Shown here: positions 9,339 through 21,883 of the stretch, one piece after another
Layout of the letters: the number at the start of each line of letters is the position of its first letter
Position numbering within the stretch: the first letter of the stretch is position 1
Source of the DNA: Steroidobacteraceae bacterium
Lineage (GTDB): Bacteria; Pseudomonadota; Gammaproteobacteria; Steroidobacterales; Steroidobacteraceae
Reading direction: 5' to 3'
Assembly (NCBI GenBank): GCA_035566155.1
Contig: DATMRM010000155.1
Coordinates: 1 to 25,603 of the forward strand
DNA: 25,603 nucleotides
The notes under the pieces: model-generated
What the model saw: the letters and a program-made list of their open reading frames with translations, nothing else
Database searches by the model: none
What the model was told of the DNA's origin: nothing
Position numbers and translations under genes: made by a program

Positions 9339-9641
9339 ATGGAACTCTCCGAGAAACAATTGCGCTTCCTGCGCGGTCGCGCGCATGCGCTCAAGCCCGT
9401 CATCCAGGTCGGCCAGAAGGCCCTCACCACCGGGGTCATCGCCGAAACCCGCCGCGCGCTGCAGGATCACGAACTGATCAAACTGCGGATCCAGGCGTCC
9501 GATCGCGACGCCCTCGATGCGCTGCTGGCGGAACTGGTCAGCGCCGCCGAAGCCACCCTGGTCGCGCGTATCGGGCATGTGGCGGTATTGTTCAAACCCA
9601 ACCCGAAACTCTCGAGAATTCCTCTGCCTGCCAAGAACTAG
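9339..9641 (+). CDS. yhbY: YhbY family (CRM domain) RNA-binding ribosome assembly protein
   Basis: 100 aa from ATG 9339; LRFLRGRAHALKPVIQVGQK, HELIKL, RIGHVAVLFK; divergent from rlmE as is usual. Confidence 0.95.
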   Translation: MELSEKQLRFLRGRAHALKPVIQVGQKALTTGVIAETRRALQDHELIKLRIQASDRDALDALLAELVSAAEATLVARIGHVAVLFKPNPKLSRIPLPAKN

Positions 9642-9669
9642 GCCTGCTGCGTGGCGCCGAATGAACCCG

Positions 9670-10142
9670 TCAGATGTATTTGACGGAGACGATTTCGTAC
9701 GATCGCGTCTTGCCCGGCGCGGCGACATCTACCACGTCGCCCTGCTTCTTGCCGATCAGTGCGCGTGCGATCGGCGAGGTCACCGAAATGCGACCGCCGC
9801 GGATGTCTGCCTCGTCTTCACCGACGATCTGATAGGTGACGCCCGTTCCTTCGGCCTGATCCTCGAGCTCCACTGTCGCACCGAACACGACCCGACCGGT
9901 CGCCGGCAGACTGGCCACGTCGATGATCTCGGCCGCTCCCAGGCGCGACTCGATTTCACCGATCCGGCCCTCGATGAATCCCTGCTGCTCACGAGCCGCG
10001 TGATACTCGGCGTTCTCCGATAGATCGCCGTGACTGCGCGCCTCGGCAATCGCCTTGATGACGCGCGGGCGGTCTTCGGATTTCAGGCGCTTGAGCTCGG
10101 TGCGCAGCAGCTCGGCGCCCCGCAGCGTCATCGGTGAGCGTT

Positions 10143-10146
<4 letters not shown>
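9670..10146 (-). CDS. greA: Transcription elongation factor GreA
   Basis: 158 aa; [43 protein letters not shown]. Confidence 0.98.
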
Positions 10147-13436
<3,290 letters not shown>

Positions 13437-13448
13437 GGCTTGACCGCC

Positions 13449-14630
13449 CTAGCCTTCCGCGCTCTGTTTGCGCGCATTGGCACGCAGCTGCTTCAGCTGG
13501 TTCTGCAATCGTCGCACCATCAGCTGAATGAAGTTGTCGAACAGCGGTTTCAGGTCGTGCGGACCGGGGCTCGCCTCCGGATGCCCCTGAAAGCTGAAGG
13601 CCGCCACATCGCTGCGGGCCAGACCCTGCAGACTGCCGTCGAACAGCGAGCGGTGCGTGGCCACCAGCTTGTCGCCGAGCGTGGATTCATCGACCGCGAA
13701 GCCGTGATTCTGGCTGGTGATCATGACTCGGCCGGTTGAGAGTTCCTGCACCGGATGATTCGCGCCGTGATGGCCGAATTTCATCTTGACGGTTTTAGCG
13801 CCGCTCGCAAGTCCCAGCAACTGATGCCCGAGACAAATGCCGAACACCGGTACGTCGGTCGCGAGCAGTTCGCTGATCGCCTTGATCGCGTAATCGCAAG
13901 GCTCCGGATCACCCGGACCGTTGGACAGGAATACGCCGTCCGGATTGACCGACAGCACGTCCTGCGCGGACGTGGTCGCCGGCACGACGGTGATGCGGCA
14001 GCCCTGATCAGAAAGCACCCTCAGGATATTGCGCTTGACGCCGTAGTCGTAGGCCACCACGTGCAGACGTTGTTGCGCGCGTAGCAGATTCAGCGGCTCG
14101 CGCCCCACCGAGCCTTCATTCCATTGATACGGCTCACGCGTGGTGACGACCTTCGCCAGGTCCATCCCCTTCAGGCCCGGGAAGGCGCGCGCGGCACGTA
14201 CCGCAGCGTCTTCGTTGATCCGATCGCCGGTCATGATGCAGCCGGACTGCGCACCTTTCTCGCGCAGCAGGCGCGTCAGGCGACGCGTATCGATGCCGGC
14301 AATCGCGACGATCTTGCCGCGCTGTAGGAACTCACCCAGCGACTCCGCCGCGCGCCAGCTACTGGGGATCATCGACAGGTCGCGCACCACCAGACCGGAG
14401 GCGAAGATCTGCGAGGACTCCATGTCCTCAGGCGTCACGCCGTAGTTGCCGATGTGCGGATAGGTCAGTGTGACGATCTGGCGCGCGTACGAAGGATCGG
14501 TGAGGATTTCCTGGTAGCCGGTGATGGCGGTATTGAAAACGACTTCGCCAGTGGTGTTTCCGGAAGCGCCAATGGATTGACCTTTGAAGATCGAACCGTC
14601 GCCCAGAGCCAGCACCGCTGGTGCAGTCAC
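13449..14630 (-). CDS. carA: Carbamoyl-phosphate synthase small subunit (glutamine amidotransferase)
   Basis: 393 aa from GTG 14630 (GAGGG SD); [41 protein letters not shown]. Confidence 0.98.
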   Translation of the reverse strand: MTAPAVLALGDGSIFKGQSIGASGNTTGEVVFNTAITGYQEILTDPSYARQIVTLTYPHIGNYGVTPEDMESSQIFASGLVVRDLSMIPSSWRAAESLGEFLQRGKIVAIAGIDTRRLTRLLREKGAQSGCIMTGDRINEDAAVRAARAFPGLKGMDLAKVVTTREPYQWNEGSVGREPLNLLRAQQRLHVVAYDYGVKRNILRVLSDQGCRITVVPATTSAQDVLSVNPDGVFLSNGPGDPEPCDYAIKAISELLATDVPVFGICLGHQLLGLASGAKTVKMKFGHHGANHPVQELSTGRVMITSQNHGFAVDESTLGDKLVATHRSLFDGSLQGLARSDVAAFSFQGHPEASPGPHDLKPLFDNFIQLMVRRLQNQLKQLRANARKQSAEG

Positions 14631-14700
14631 GTCATCCCTCTCCTTCAATCCCCAAGGTGCAGCCAAATCGCGCGTGCCATGAGATTTTCAGCATGCACAT

Positions 14701-14746
14701 GCACAAAGCGGGAGGAGTTCTTTTGGAACATCCTCCCGCCTTGTGC
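14701..14746 (-). promoter_or_regulatory. Attenuator/terminator-like hairpin in the carA leader
   Basis: Minus strand GCACAAGGCGGGAGGA-U-GUUC-[CAAAA]-GAAC-UCCUCCCGCUUUGUGC, a long near-perfect stem. Confidence 0.65.
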
Positions 14747-14777
14747 GGACTAACCCGATACTCGGATTACGGGGCGG

Positions 14778-14806
14778 AGTTTAGAGACCCCACCCGCCCC
14801 TGTCCA
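14778..14806 (-). promoter_or_regulatory. Candidate sigma70 promoter of carAB-greA
   Basis: TGGACA (14806-14801) - 17 nt - TAAACT (14783-14778), discriminator CCGCCCC, and AT tracts upstream of -35 (about 14811-14828) resembling an UP element. Confidence 0.65.
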
Positions 14807-14916
14807 CGCCAATTTCCGCCGAAATTTTGTCCGCATTTGCGTCGCGCCCGACTATCCAAACGAATTCGGTCGTTAGCAGGCAGATATACAGAAATAGCCT
14901 TAGCTAATATACATAT

Positions 14917-15747
14917 TTACTTGAATTTACTTATGAATACATCCCTCATTGCATAACGACCAGCCATCCTCCCGGCCAGCCACTGTCCCGCCAACAGCGC
15001 TCCGCGAGCGAACACCGCGCGATCGGTGGCCGAGTGCTTCAGAAGTACCCGCTCGCCCTCGCCCAGAAACCATACCTCGTGCTCACCCACCACATCTCCG
15101 CCGCGCACGCTGACAAAGCCGATCTCATCCTCCTGCCTCGGTTCACCGATCCCATGGCGCGCATAGACCGCCTGCCTGGAAAGACTCACCGCCCGCCCGT
15201 CCGCTGCGGCCGCCCCCAGCGCCAGGGCGGTCCCCGATGGTGCATCGCGCTTGGCTCGATGGTGGGTCTCGACGATCTCGATGTCATATCCGGGTGGCAG
15301 TCCCTGTGCGGCTTGCCGCACCAGTTCCATCAGCAGGTTCACGCCAAGACTGGTGTTCGGGGCCACCAGCAACGCGATCGAATCGGCGGCCGCTGCCAGC
15401 GGCGCGTCCAGTTCGCGCGGCAATCCGGTCGTGCCAATCAGCAGCGCTACCCGCGCCGCGACGCAGGCGGCCAGATTCGCTGCCGCGGCGCTCGGGTGGG
15501 AAAAGTCCAGAATCAGCTCCGCCTCGCGCAGCAGCGGTGGCAGCGAGGCGCTGATCGCGATGCCGCAAGGCTCGACGCCTGCGTAGCGACCCGCGTCCTG
15601 ACCCAGAAACTGGCTGTCCTCGGTGGCCACCGCGCCGTGCAGGCGCAGCCCCGGAAACTGTCCGATCAGCCGCAGCAGTTGTCCACCCATGCGGCCGGTC
15701 GCACCGACGATGACGGTGCGTCGTGCGCCCGCGGCGGCGGCCGTCAT
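14917..15747 (-). CDS. dapB: 4-hydroxy-tetrahydrodipicolinate reductase
   Basis: 276 aa; [40 protein letters not shown]; ATGA overlap with dnaJ. Confidence 0.97.
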   Translation of the reverse strand: MTAAAAGARRTVIVGATGRMGGQLLRLIGQFPGLRLHGAVATEDSQFLGQDAGRYAGVEPCGIAISASLPPLLREAELILDFSHPSAAAANLAACVAARVALLIGTTGLPRELDAPLAAAADSIALLVAPNTSLGVNLLMELVRQAAQGLPPGYDIEIVETHHRAKRDAPSGTALALGAAAADGRAVSLSRQAVYARHGIGEPRQEDEIGFVSVRGGDVVGEHEVWFLGEGERVLLKHSATDRAVFARGALLAGQWLAGRMAGRYAMRDVFISKFK

Positions 15748-16889
15748 GTGGAATCCCGCGAGAAGAAGCGCTTCACACCATCCAGAAAACTCTTCTGACG
15801 GGGCGCGTGCTTGCTGCCATCGTGCTTCACGGAGTCATCGAACTGCTTGAGCAGTGCCCGCTGCTCGGCAGACAGGTTCACGGGGGTTTCGACCACGCAG
15901 CGACAGAACAGATCACCCCGGGCACCGCCGCGCACTGATTTCACACCCTTTTCACGCAGCCGGAAAACGCGCCCCGACTGGCTCTCTGCAGGAACGGTCA
16001 GCGCCACCTGCCCGTCCAGCGTCGGCACCTCGACCTTGCCGCCGAGTACCGCCGTTGCAAATGAAATCGGCACTTCGCAGCTCAGGTGCACACCGTCGCG
16101 CTCGAAGATCGGATGCTCGCGCACGTGCACTTCGACATACAGATCCCCCGGTGGGCCGCCGTTGCGGCCCGCCTCGCCCTCGCCCCCTAGGCGCACGCGA
16201 TCGCCCGTATCCACACCGGCCGGAATCTTGACCGAGAGTTTCTTGGCCCGACGGACCCGTCCCTGGCCCAGACAGGCATCACACGGATTTCGCACGATAC
16301 GGCCGCTTCCGCGGCAGTGCGGACAGGTTTGCTGCAGCGTGAAAAAACCCTGCGAGACCCGCACCTGGCCGTTGCCGCCGCAGGTGTCGCAGGTGACAGG
16401 ATTGCTACCCTTGGCAGCGCCGCTGCCGCCACAGGTGTCGCACTCCACCAGTTTCTTGACGTCGATCTCGAGCGTATGGCCGAACACGGCCTCGGACAGA
16501 TCAAGTTCGGCTTCGTAGCGCAGATCCGCGCCGCGAAACACCTGTGAGGCGCCGCCGCGCCGTCCGCCACCGAAGATATCGCCAAACACATCGCCGAAGA
16601 TGTCGCCGAAGCCTTCGGCGCCCTGAAATCCGCCGCCACCTGCCGATGCGTTGCGGCTCGCCTCGATGCCGGCGTGACCGTGCTGATCGTAGATGGAGCG
16701 CTTCTGCGCATCCGACAGGATTTCGTAGGCTTCCTTGGCTTCCTTGAATTTCTCTTCGGCTTCCTTGTCTCCGGGATTGCGATCCGGGTGGTATTTCATC
16801 GCCAGACGACGGTAGGCCTTCTTGATGTCTGCCTCGGTGGAGTTTCGGGCCAGATCGAGAGTCTTGTAGTAGTCGCGCTTCGTCGCCAT
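15744..16889 (-). CDS. dnaJ: Chaperone DnaJ
   Basis: 381 aa from ATG 16889 (alternative ATG 16907); J-domain HPD, G/F region, four CxxCxGxG repeats. Confidence 0.98.
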   Translation of the reverse strand: MATKRDYYKTLDLARNSTEADIKKAYRRLAMKYHPDRNPGDKEAEEKFKEAKEAYEILSDAQKRSIYDQHGHAGIEASRNASAGGGGFQGAEGFGDIFGDVFGDIFGGGRRGGASQVFRGADLRYEAELDLSEAVFGHTLEIDVKKLVECDTCGGSGAAKGSNPVTCDTCGGNGQVRVSQGFFTLQQTCPHCRGSGRIVRNPCDACLGQGRVRRAKKLSVKIPAGVDTGDRVRLGGEGEAGRNGGPPGDLYVEVHVREHPIFERDGVHLSCEVPISFATAVLGGKVEVPTLDGQVALTVPAESQSGRVFRLREKGVKSVRGGARGDLFCRCVVETPVNLSAEQRALLKQFDDSVKHDGSKHAPRQKSFLDGVKRFFSRDST

Positions 16890-16936
16890 GTCTGCCTGTC
16901 GTGCCATTGTTCTCAAGCGTCCGTCACGTGCACCAA

Positions 16937-16968
16937 GGCCGCCGGGCACCTTGCGGCGCCCAGCGGCC
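16937..16968 (-). terminator. Stable 14-bp hairpin between dnaK and dnaJ
   Basis: GGCCGCUGGGCGCC-[GCAA]-GGUGCCCGGCGGCC, followed only by UUGGUG. Confidence 0.55.
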
Positions 16969-17007
16969 CTGACGACTCAAGTCACTCGCGCTCGCGCGCG
17001 AATGTTG

Positions 17008-18999
17008 TCAGGAAGCGCGACGGCCCTTGTCGCGCACTTCCTCAAACTCCGCATCGACGACGTTTTCGTCCGCCTTCTGCTGCGAGCCTCCGGCACTGCC
17101 AGAAGCTCCCGCTCCAGCGGCGGCGGAGGCCTCGGGACCCGCGGCGCCCCCCGGAGGATCGCCAGCGCCCGCGCCGCCCTGATTGGCTGTGTAGGCACGC
17201 TGCGCGATACCGGCTGAAGCCTGGCCCAACGCCTCGGTCTTTTTCTCGATCTTCTCCTTGTCGTCGGACTTCAGGACCGCCTTCAGATCGTTCAGTGCCG
17301 CCTCGGTCTTCCCACGCTCATCGGCCGTGACCTTGTCGCCCAGATCCTTCAACGCTTTCTCGACCGCATGGATCATCGCATCGGCGCGATTGCGCGTTTC
17401 GATCAGCTCCCGGAACGCCTTGTCCTCGGCCGCATGCGCCTCCGCGTCCTTCACCATGCGCTTGATCTCATCCTCCGCCAGACCGCTGGAGGCACGGATC
17501 ACGATGCGCTGCTCCTTGCCGGTGGCCTTGTCCTTCGCTGACACATTCAGAATGCCGTTGGCATCGATGTCGAACGTGACTTCGACCTGCGGCACGCCGC
17601 GTGGCGCCGGGGGAATATCGCTCAGGTCAAACTTGCCGAGTGACTTGTTGTCGCCCGACCGCTCGCGCTCACCCTGCAGTACGTGGATCGTCACCGCGGT
17701 CTGATGGTCTTCCGCCGTGGAGAACGTATTGGCTGCCTTGGTGGGAATGGTCGTGTTCTTTTCTATCAGCTTGGTCATCACACCGCCCAGGGTCTCGATA
17801 CCGAGCGACAGCGGCGTCACGTCGAGCAGCAACACGTCCTTGACCTCACCGGCCAGCACGCCGGCCTGCACCGCAGCGCCCACCGCCACGGCCTCATCCG
17901 GATTCACGTCCTTACGCGGCTCCTTGCCAAAGAAGTCCTTCACATACTTCTGCACCAGCGGCATACGGGTCTGACCGCCGACCAGAATGACTTCCGCCAC
18001 ATCCGAGGCCGCAAGCCCCGCGTCCTTGAGCGCGGTCCGGCACGGTCCGAGGGTTCGCTGCAGCAGGTCCTCGACCAGCGACTCGAGCTTGGCCCGTGTG
18101 AGCTTGACGTTCAGATGCTTCGGACCCGAGGCATCGGCCGTGATGTAGGGCAGATTGACGTCGGTCTGCTGACTGGAGGACAGCTCGATCTTGGCCTTCT
18201 CAGCGGCTTCCTTCAGGCGCTGCATGGCCAGCGGATCACGTCGCACGTCCACGCCGGATTCCTTCAGGAATTCATCGGCCAGGAAATTGATGATGCGCAG
18301 ATCGAAATCCTCGCCGCCGAGGAAGGTATCGCCATTGGTCGCCAACACCTCGAACTGGCGCTCGCCATCGACCGCCGCGATCTCGATGATCGAGACGTCG
18401 AACGTGCCGCCACCCAGGTCGTACACCGCGATCTTGCGGTCCGCGCCCTGCTTGTCGAGGCCATAGGCCAGTGCCGCGGCCGTCGGCTCGTTGATGATGC
18501 GCTGCACGTTGAGGCCCGCGATTCGGCCGGCGTCTTTGGTCGCCTGGCGCTGTGAGTCATTGAAATAGGCAGGCACCGTGATCACTGCCTCGGTGACCGG
18601 CTCGCCGAGGTAATCCTCAGCGGTCTTTTTCATCTTCATGAGCACGCGCGCGGAAATCTCCGGCGGTGCCATCTTCTTGCCCCGGATCTCGACCCAGGCG
18701 TCACCGTTGTCCGCCTTGACGATCTTGTAGGGCACCATCTTGATGTCCTTCTGCACGACCTCGTCCTCGAACTTGCGTCCGATGAGTCGCTTGACCGCGA
18801 AGGTGGTGTTCTGCGGATTGGTGACCGCCTGGCGCTTGGCCGACTGGCCCACCAGGACTTCGTCGTCCTTGGTAAAGGCGACGATCGAGGGTGTGGTCCG
18901 ATCGCCCTCGCTGTTTTCGATCACGCGCGGCTTGCCGCCTTCCATGATCGCGACGCACGAGTTCGTCGTGCCTAGATCGATGCCGATTACCTTACTCAT
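17008..18999 (-). CDS. dnaK: Chaperone DnaK (Hsp70)
   Basis: 663 aa; [44 protein letters not shown]. Confidence 0.99.
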   Translation of the reverse strand: MSKVIGIDLGTTNSCVAIMEGGKPRVIENSEGDRTTPSIVAFTKDDEVLVGQSAKRQAVTNPQNTTFAVKRLIGRKFEDEVVQKDIKMVPYKIVKADNGDAWVEIRGKKMAPPEISARVLMKMKKTAEDYLGEPVTEAVITVPAYFNDSQRQATKDAGRIAGLNVQRIINEPTAAALAYGLDKQGADRKIAVYDLGGGTFDVSIIEIAAVDGERQFEVLATNGDTFLGGEDFDLRIINFLADEFLKESGVDVRRDPLAMQRLKEAAEKAKIELSSSQQTDVNLPYITADASGPKHLNVKLTRAKLESLVEDLLQRTLGPCRTALKDAGLAASDVAEVILVGGQTRMPLVQKYVKDFFGKEPRKDVNPDEAVAVGAAVQAGVLAGEVKDVLLLDVTPLSLGIETLGGVMTKLIEKNTTIPTKAANTFSTAEDHQTAVTIHVLQGERERSGDNKSLGKFDLSDIPPAPRGVPQVEVTFDIDANGILNVSAKDKATGKEQRIVIRASSGLAEDEIKRMVKDAEAHAAEDKAFRELIETRNRADAMIHAVEKALKDLGDKVTADERGKTEAALNDLKAVLKSDDKEKIEKKTEALGQASAGIAQRAYTANQGGAGAGDPPGGAAGPEASAAAGAGASGSAGGSQQKADENVVDAEFEEVRDKGRRAS

Positions 19000-19040
19000 A
19001 AGCGCACTCCAGCAATGTCATTTTCATATGCCACAACAAA

Positions 19041-19065
19041 CTGGGGCCCAGGCCCCGATTTTCAA
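19041..19065 (-). promoter_or_regulatory. Candidate sigma32 (RpoH) promoter of dnaK-dnaJ-dapB
   Basis: TTGAAA (19065-19060) - 13 nt - CCCCAG (19046-19041), against the consensus CTTGAA-N13/14-CCCCATNT. Confidence 0.65.
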
Positions 19066-19091
19066 CTGTAAACGGACTGGCCGCGACCACA

Positions 19092-19658
19092 TCAACCATC
19101 GTTCGTCTTCGCGACGATGACACGCGCGGGCCGCAGCAGCCGTCCATTGAGTTCATATCCGGTCTGCACTACCTGCAGCACGCGGTCCGGTTCAGAAGTC
19201 TCCGACGGTTGCATCAGCACCGCCTCGTGCTGAGCAGGATTGAATTTGTCCCCCAGTGGATCGAGGATTTTGACGCGGGCTTTGTCCAGCGCCCGGTCCA
19301 GCAGTTTCAGCGTCGCCTGCTGTCCTTCGAGCAGGGTCTTGGCATCGGCCTGTGCGCCCTGGCGCGCGGCCAGTTCCAATCCATCGCGCACCGGCAGCAG
19401 CTCGCCGACGAAGCGCTCGAGCGCGTAGCGATGCGCGCTCTCGATATCGCGCTCGGCGCGCTTGCGCACGTTGTCCAGTTCGGCCAGCGCCCTCAAATAC
19501 TGATCGCGCTGGCTGCGCGTTGCGTCCTGGGCCGCGGCCAGGGCCGTGCGCAAAGATTGCAGTTCCGCGGCAGCACCGGAGGCGAGCGGTTCTTCGCTGC
19601 CCTCAAGCTGCGGCTCAGGCTGATCCATCGCAGGCCCGTTTTGCGTTGCCTCTGTCAC
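19092..19658 (-). CDS. grpE: Nucleotide exchange factor GrpE
   Basis: 188 aa from GTG 19658 (AAGGGT SD); LRALAELDNVRKR, FNPAQHEAV, QTGYELNGRLLRPARVIV. Confidence 0.97.
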   Translation of the reverse strand: MTEATQNGPAMDQPEPQLEGSEEPLASGAAAELQSLRTALAAAQDATRSQRDQYLRALAELDNVRKRAERDIESAHRYALERFVGELLPVRDGLELAARQGAQADAKTLLEGQQATLKLLDRALDKARVKILDPLGDKFNPAQHEAVLMQPSETSEPDRVLQVVQTGYELNGRLLRPARVIVAKTNDG

Positions 19659-19737
19659 TAAATTACCCTTTAAACTCAATTAGCTACAAACTATTATTAA
19701 AACGGATTCTCGCCGCAGCTCCGCCCGTCAACGCAAA

Positions 19738-19765
19738 CTATGGCGCCTAACGACGTGAATTCAAG
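19738..19765 (-). promoter_or_regulatory. Candidate sigma32 promoter of grpE overlapping the 3' end of hrcA
   Basis: CTTGAA (19765-19760) - 14 nt - CGCCATAG (19745-19738). Confidence 0.6.
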
Positions 19766-20814
19766 GCCGAACCGAGAACTTTTGCCGTCAGATCGACGAT
19801 CGGAATCACGCGTTCATAGGCCATGCGAGTCGGACCGATGACCCCGAGCACACCGACCACACCCTTGGCGGAGCTGTACGGCGCGGTCACGACACTGTAC
19901 GCATCCAGGATCTGATAGCCGGATTCCTGGCCGATAAAGATCTGTACGCCCTCGGCGCGCAGGCTTTGATCGAGCAGATGCAGGATATCGCGCTTTTCGT
20001 TGAAGGCCTCGAACAGGCGCTTGAGCCGATCCACATCCGACACGCCGCTGAAGCCCATCAGGTTGGTCTCACCGGCGATCACGTATTCGATGTCTTCACT
20101 GGGGGCGGCACCCTGTTCGAACAGGCGCTGCGACATCGCAATCGCACCGAGCATGCTCTGATTGAGATGTTCGTGCGTTTCCTTGAGCTGGCGCACCAGT
20201 TCCTGATGGATCTGCGCGGGCGGCTTACCGACGCAATGCTCGTTGAGGAAATTGGCCGCCCGGCGCAGTTCTTCCGAAGAATAGTGGCGCTCCAGCTGCA
20301 CGATGCGGTTCTGCACTTCCTGGTCATCCAGCACCAGCACCACCAGGACGCGATTCTCCGACAGCCCCAGGAACTCGATCTGCGTCAGCACCGCCGAGTG
20401 TGCCAGCGGCATGGTCACGACCCCCGCGAGATGCGTGATGTTGGACAGCAGCTGCGAGGCGGCGGCCACCAGTGCCTTGGAGCTGTCCTGTGGCATGTCG
20501 AGCTGGCGTCGGATTTCCTCCAGGCTCGCATCATCGGTCGGCATCTGCGCCCGCAGCAGTGAATCGACGAAGAACCGGTAGGCCTTGTCCGTCGGCACCC
20601 GGCCGGCGGAGGTGTGCGGGGAGGTCACGAATCCGAGCCCTTCCAGATCGGACATCACATTGCGGACGGTGGCAGAACTCAAGGTCAGCCCGGATTCGCG
20701 CGACAGGGTGCGCGAGCCGACCGGCTGCCCATCGCGGATGTAGTTCTGGACCAGCACCCGCAGCAGCCGCTGCGCGCGCTCGTTCAGAGCATCATCCCGA
20801 CTATCTTGTGACAT
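19747..20814 (-). CDS. hrcA: Heat-inducible transcription repressor HrcA
   Basis: 355 aa; YIRDGQPVGSRTL, SSATVRNVMSDLEGLG, PHTSAGRVPTDKAYRFFVD, GVIGPTRMAY; upstream of grpE. Confidence 0.97.
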   Translation of the reverse strand: MSQDSRDDALNERAQRLLRVLVQNYIRDGQPVGSRTLSRESGLTLSSATVRNVMSDLEGLGFVTSPHTSAGRVPTDKAYRFFVDSLLRAQMPTDDASLEEIRRQLDMPQDSSKALVAAASQLLSNITHLAGVVTMPLAHSAVLTQIEFLGLSENRVLVVLVLDDQEVQNRIVQLERHYSSEELRRAANFLNEHCVGKPPAQIHQELVRQLKETHEHLNQSMLGAIAMSQRLFEQGAAPSEDIEYVIAGETNLMGFSGVSDVDRLKRLFEAFNEKRDILHLLDQSLRAEGVQIFIGQESGYQILDAYSVVTAPYSSAKGVVGVLGVIGPTRMAYERVIPIVDLTAKVLGSALNSRR

Positions 20815-20827
20815 GCTTGATTCGCAG

Positions 20828-20856
20828 AGCTAACCAGCGGTCGCCGAGCCCGTCAA
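20828..20856 (-). promoter_or_regulatory. Possible sigma70-type promoter of hrcA
   Basis: TTGACG (20856-20851) - 17 nt - TTAGCT (20833-20828). The -10 is poor (T at -11) and hrcA has no SD. Confidence 0.3.
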
Positions 20857-20983
20857 GACAGGCCGGGATCGAACCCAGTCCTCAGATCCCGGTATTTCTC
20901 TCAATATGGAAAGTCCTACGCGTTGGCGCCTACAGGCCGCCATGCTACAACAGCATTGGACAATAAGGCCCTCAAGCCGAAAG

Positions 20984-21877
20984 ATGCAGAAGCCAATCAA
21001 GACTTGCGCGCTGGTGGGCAGATTTCAGGACGCGCGCGTGGCTGAATGTGCGGTGCCCCTGATTTCGGTGCTGCAGTCGCGGCAACTGAAGGTGCTGGCA
21101 CTACAGGATTCGACCGCCCCGTCGGCCCCCGCCGGGGTGGCGATCGTGCCGCTCGCCCAATTGATCGAGCAGGCGGAGCTGATCATTGCGATTGGAGGAG
21201 ACGGGACCCTACTCTACGCGGCTGGGCTGGTCGCCGAGCACGATATACCGCTGCTAGGCATCAACCGTGGACGACTGGGCTTCCTCACAGATGTGCTACC
21301 GCAGGACATGGAAGGCTGCATCGGAGCGGTGCTCGCGGGCGAATGCGAGGCGGACTCCCGTCCCCTGTTGCAGGCCAGGCTTCGAGGGTCCGATGGCAGC
21401 GAAGTGCAGCGCTTCGCCCTCAACGACGTGGTCTTCAATCGTCTGGAGACCGGTCGCATGCTCGATTTCGAAACCCGCATCGACGGGCGCTACGTCAATT
21501 CGCACGGCGGTGACGGCCTGGTGGTCGCCACGGCTACCGGCTCGACCGCTTATGCGCTCTCCTGCGGCGGACCGATCGTGAATCCGAAGCTGAACGTGCT
21601 GGTGGTCGCACCGATCTGTCCGCACACGCTCTCGGACCGGCCGATCGTGGTTCCCGGTGAGTCGCGGGTGGATATCCGGCTGATCGGAGAGACACCGACC
21701 ACCGCGCAGGTCACTTGCGATGCGGCGGTGCTGGGCGAGCTGAAAACCGGCGGTCGGCTGGAGATCTTTCCAGCGGGCCGTTCGGTCACCCTGCTGCACC
21801 CACCCGGCTATGACTACTTCCGGTTGCTTCGATCCAAACTTCATTGGGGCCTGGGCGGCCTGACTCACGAGCGCTGA
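20984..21877 (+). CDS. nadK: NAD(+) kinase
   Basis: 297 aa from ATG 20984; IGGDGTLL, GINRGRLGFL, ALNDVV, GDGLVVATATGSTAYALSCGG. Confidence 0.97.
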   Translation: MQKPIKTCALVGRFQDARVAECAVPLISVLQSRQLKVLALQDSTAPSAPAGVAIVPLAQLIEQAELIIAIGGDGTLLYAAGLVAEHDIPLLGINRGRLGFLTDVLPQDMEGCIGAVLAGECEADSRPLLQARLRGSDGSEVQRFALNDVVFNRLETGRMLDFETRIDGRYVNSHGGDGLVVATATGSTAYALSCGGPIVNPKLNVLVVAPICPHTLSDRPIVVPGESRVDIRLIGETPTTAQVTCDAAVLGELKTGGRLEIFPAGRSVTLLHPPGYDYFRLLRSKLHWGLGGLTHER

Positions 21878-21883
21878 AGAATC

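Noticed and set aside
19731-19746. PurR/LacI-like box ACGCAAACTATGGCGC (12/16 to ACGCAAACGTTTGCGT) at the grpE promoter, and a half-site near 14831-14841 upstream of carA
   Set aside because: The central palindrome is broken, there is no functional logic for grpE, and PurR is not expected in this lineage; probably chance.
20815-20833. CIRCE-like half-site TTAGCTCTG before hrcA, plus partial halves near the grpE and dnaK starts
   Set aside because: No matching second half at N9; the dnaK half (GGAGTGC) coincides with the SD.
20860-20885. tRNA T-arm-like string GGGTTCGATCCC on the minus strand upstream of hrcA
   Set aside because: The loop would be 6 nt rather than 7, and there is no acceptor, D or anticodon arm; better explained by the inverted repeat.
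20815-21883. SOS (LexA) box for recN
   Set aside because: No CTGT-N8-ACAG found in the nadK upstream region, and the nadK-recN gap is only 6 bp. A lineage-specific LexA motif cannot be excluded.
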